A DNA stretch of 42,716 nucleotides, from NCBI GenBank assembly GCA_050115425.1, contig JASFQN010000002.1, positions 1 to 42,716 on the forward strand, written 5' to 3'. This document shows, one piece after another, positions 42,118 through 42,716 of this stretch. Within the stretch, counting starts at the first letter, position 1. Every line of letters starts with the position of its first letter. A program made the translations under genes and the position numbers. The notes beneath the pieces were generated by a model. It saw nothing but the letters and a program-made list of their open reading frames with translations. It was not told where the DNA came from and did not search any database. This stretch comes from Gammaproteobacteria bacterium. GTDB taxonomy: Bacteria; Pseudomonadota; Gammaproteobacteria; Natronospirales; JASFQN01.

Positions 42118-42716
42118 ATGAGCGAAGACAAAGTTACCATCGAAGTCGACGGCGTCACCCTCGAGGCCCCCAAGGGCGCCATGCTGATCCAGGTGACCGA
42201 CGAGGCGGGAATCGACATTCCACGGTTCTGCTACCACGAGAAACTGTCGGTCGCCGCCAATTGTCGCATGTGCCTGGTGGATGTGGAAAAGGCGCCCAAG
42301 CCGTTGCCCGCCTGTGCCACGCCGGTGAGCGACGGAATGAAAGTCTTGACGCGGTCGCCGAGGGCGCTTTCCGCGCAGAAGGCGACCATGGAGTTCCTGC
42401 TCATCAATCATCCGCTGGATTGCCCGATCTGCGACCAGGGTGGTGAGTGCGAACTGCAGGATCTCGCGCTTGGCTACGGCAAGGATGTGGGGCGTTACAG
42501 CGAGGGCAAGCGGGTCGTCGCCGACAAGAACATCGGTCCCCTGGTTTCGACGGACATGACCCGTTGCATCCACTGCACACGCTGCGTGCGTTTTGGCACT
42601 GAAATTGCCGGCATCCAGGAGCTGGGAGCCACTGGTCGCGGCGAGAACATGCGTATCGGGACCTATGTGGAACGCAGCGTGGACCACGAGCTGTCCGGCA
42701 ATATTATCGACCTTTG
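42118..42716 (+). CDS. nuoG: NADH-quinone oxidoreductase subunit G, N-terminal ~199 codons (runs off the window)
   Basis: Manual translation gives MSEDKVTIEVDGVTLEAPKGAMLIQVTDEAGIDIPRFCYHEKLSVAANCRMCLVDVEKAPKPLPACAT...HPLDCPICDQGGECELQD...CIHCTRCVRF, showing the 2Fe-2S and 4Fe-4S motifs. It is not in the ORF track because there is no stop codon in the window. Confidence 0.93.
   Translation, partial: MSEDKVTIEVDGVTLEAPKGAMLIQVTDEAGIDIPRFCYHEKLSVAANCRMCLVDVEKAPKPLPACATPVSDGMKVLTRSPRALSAQKATMEFLLINHPLDCPICDQGGECELQDLALGYGKDVGRYSEGKRVVADKNIGPLVSTDMTRCIHCTRCVRFGTEIAGIQELGATGRGENMRIGTYVERSVDHELSGNIIDL

Overview
This window is a visibly GC-rich gammaproteobacterial chromosome segment, almost fully packed with conserved housekeeping genes. 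Gene order resembles the Pseudomonas / Xanthomonadales / Chromatiales core backbone. In order, it contains:
- ccoNOQP on the minus strand (cbb3 oxidase; ccoQ and the first 16 codons of ccoP are missing from the ORF track), with an FNR/Anr-type box upstream.
- A short accessory-looking stretch: a type II P-type cation ATPase, a 68-aa membrane protein, a fasciclin-domain protein, and a divergent MerR/B12-binding (CarH/LitR-like) regulator.
- ybbP-ybbA / tesA / pldA.
- ssrA (tmRNA, tag ANDDNYALAA) with smpB.
- An NSS-family transporter, ratA, rnfH, bamE, fur, recN and nadK.
- hrcA-grpE behind a perfect CIRCE operator, then dnaK-dnaJ behind a sigma32-type promoter.
- dapB, carA, carB, greA, yhbY, rlmE, ftsH, folP, glmM, tpiA, secG and tRNA-Leu(GAG).
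- nuoA through nuoG (nuoG runs off the window end).

I found no mobile element, CRISPR array, integrase, defence cassette or long unexplained non-coding tract. The largest unassigned gaps are about 200-260 nt. I therefore do not see a convincing novel system here.

The points most worth a second look are:
- the extremely compacted ybbPA/tesA/pldA envelope-lipid cluster;
- the CarH-like regulator with a degenerate Wx9EH motif, divergent from a fasciclin gene;
- the split HrcA/CIRCE versus sigma32 wiring of the DnaK chaperone genes;
- several start-codon corrections and gene overlaps.

All long ORFs antisense to known genes are judged to be GC-rich artefacts.
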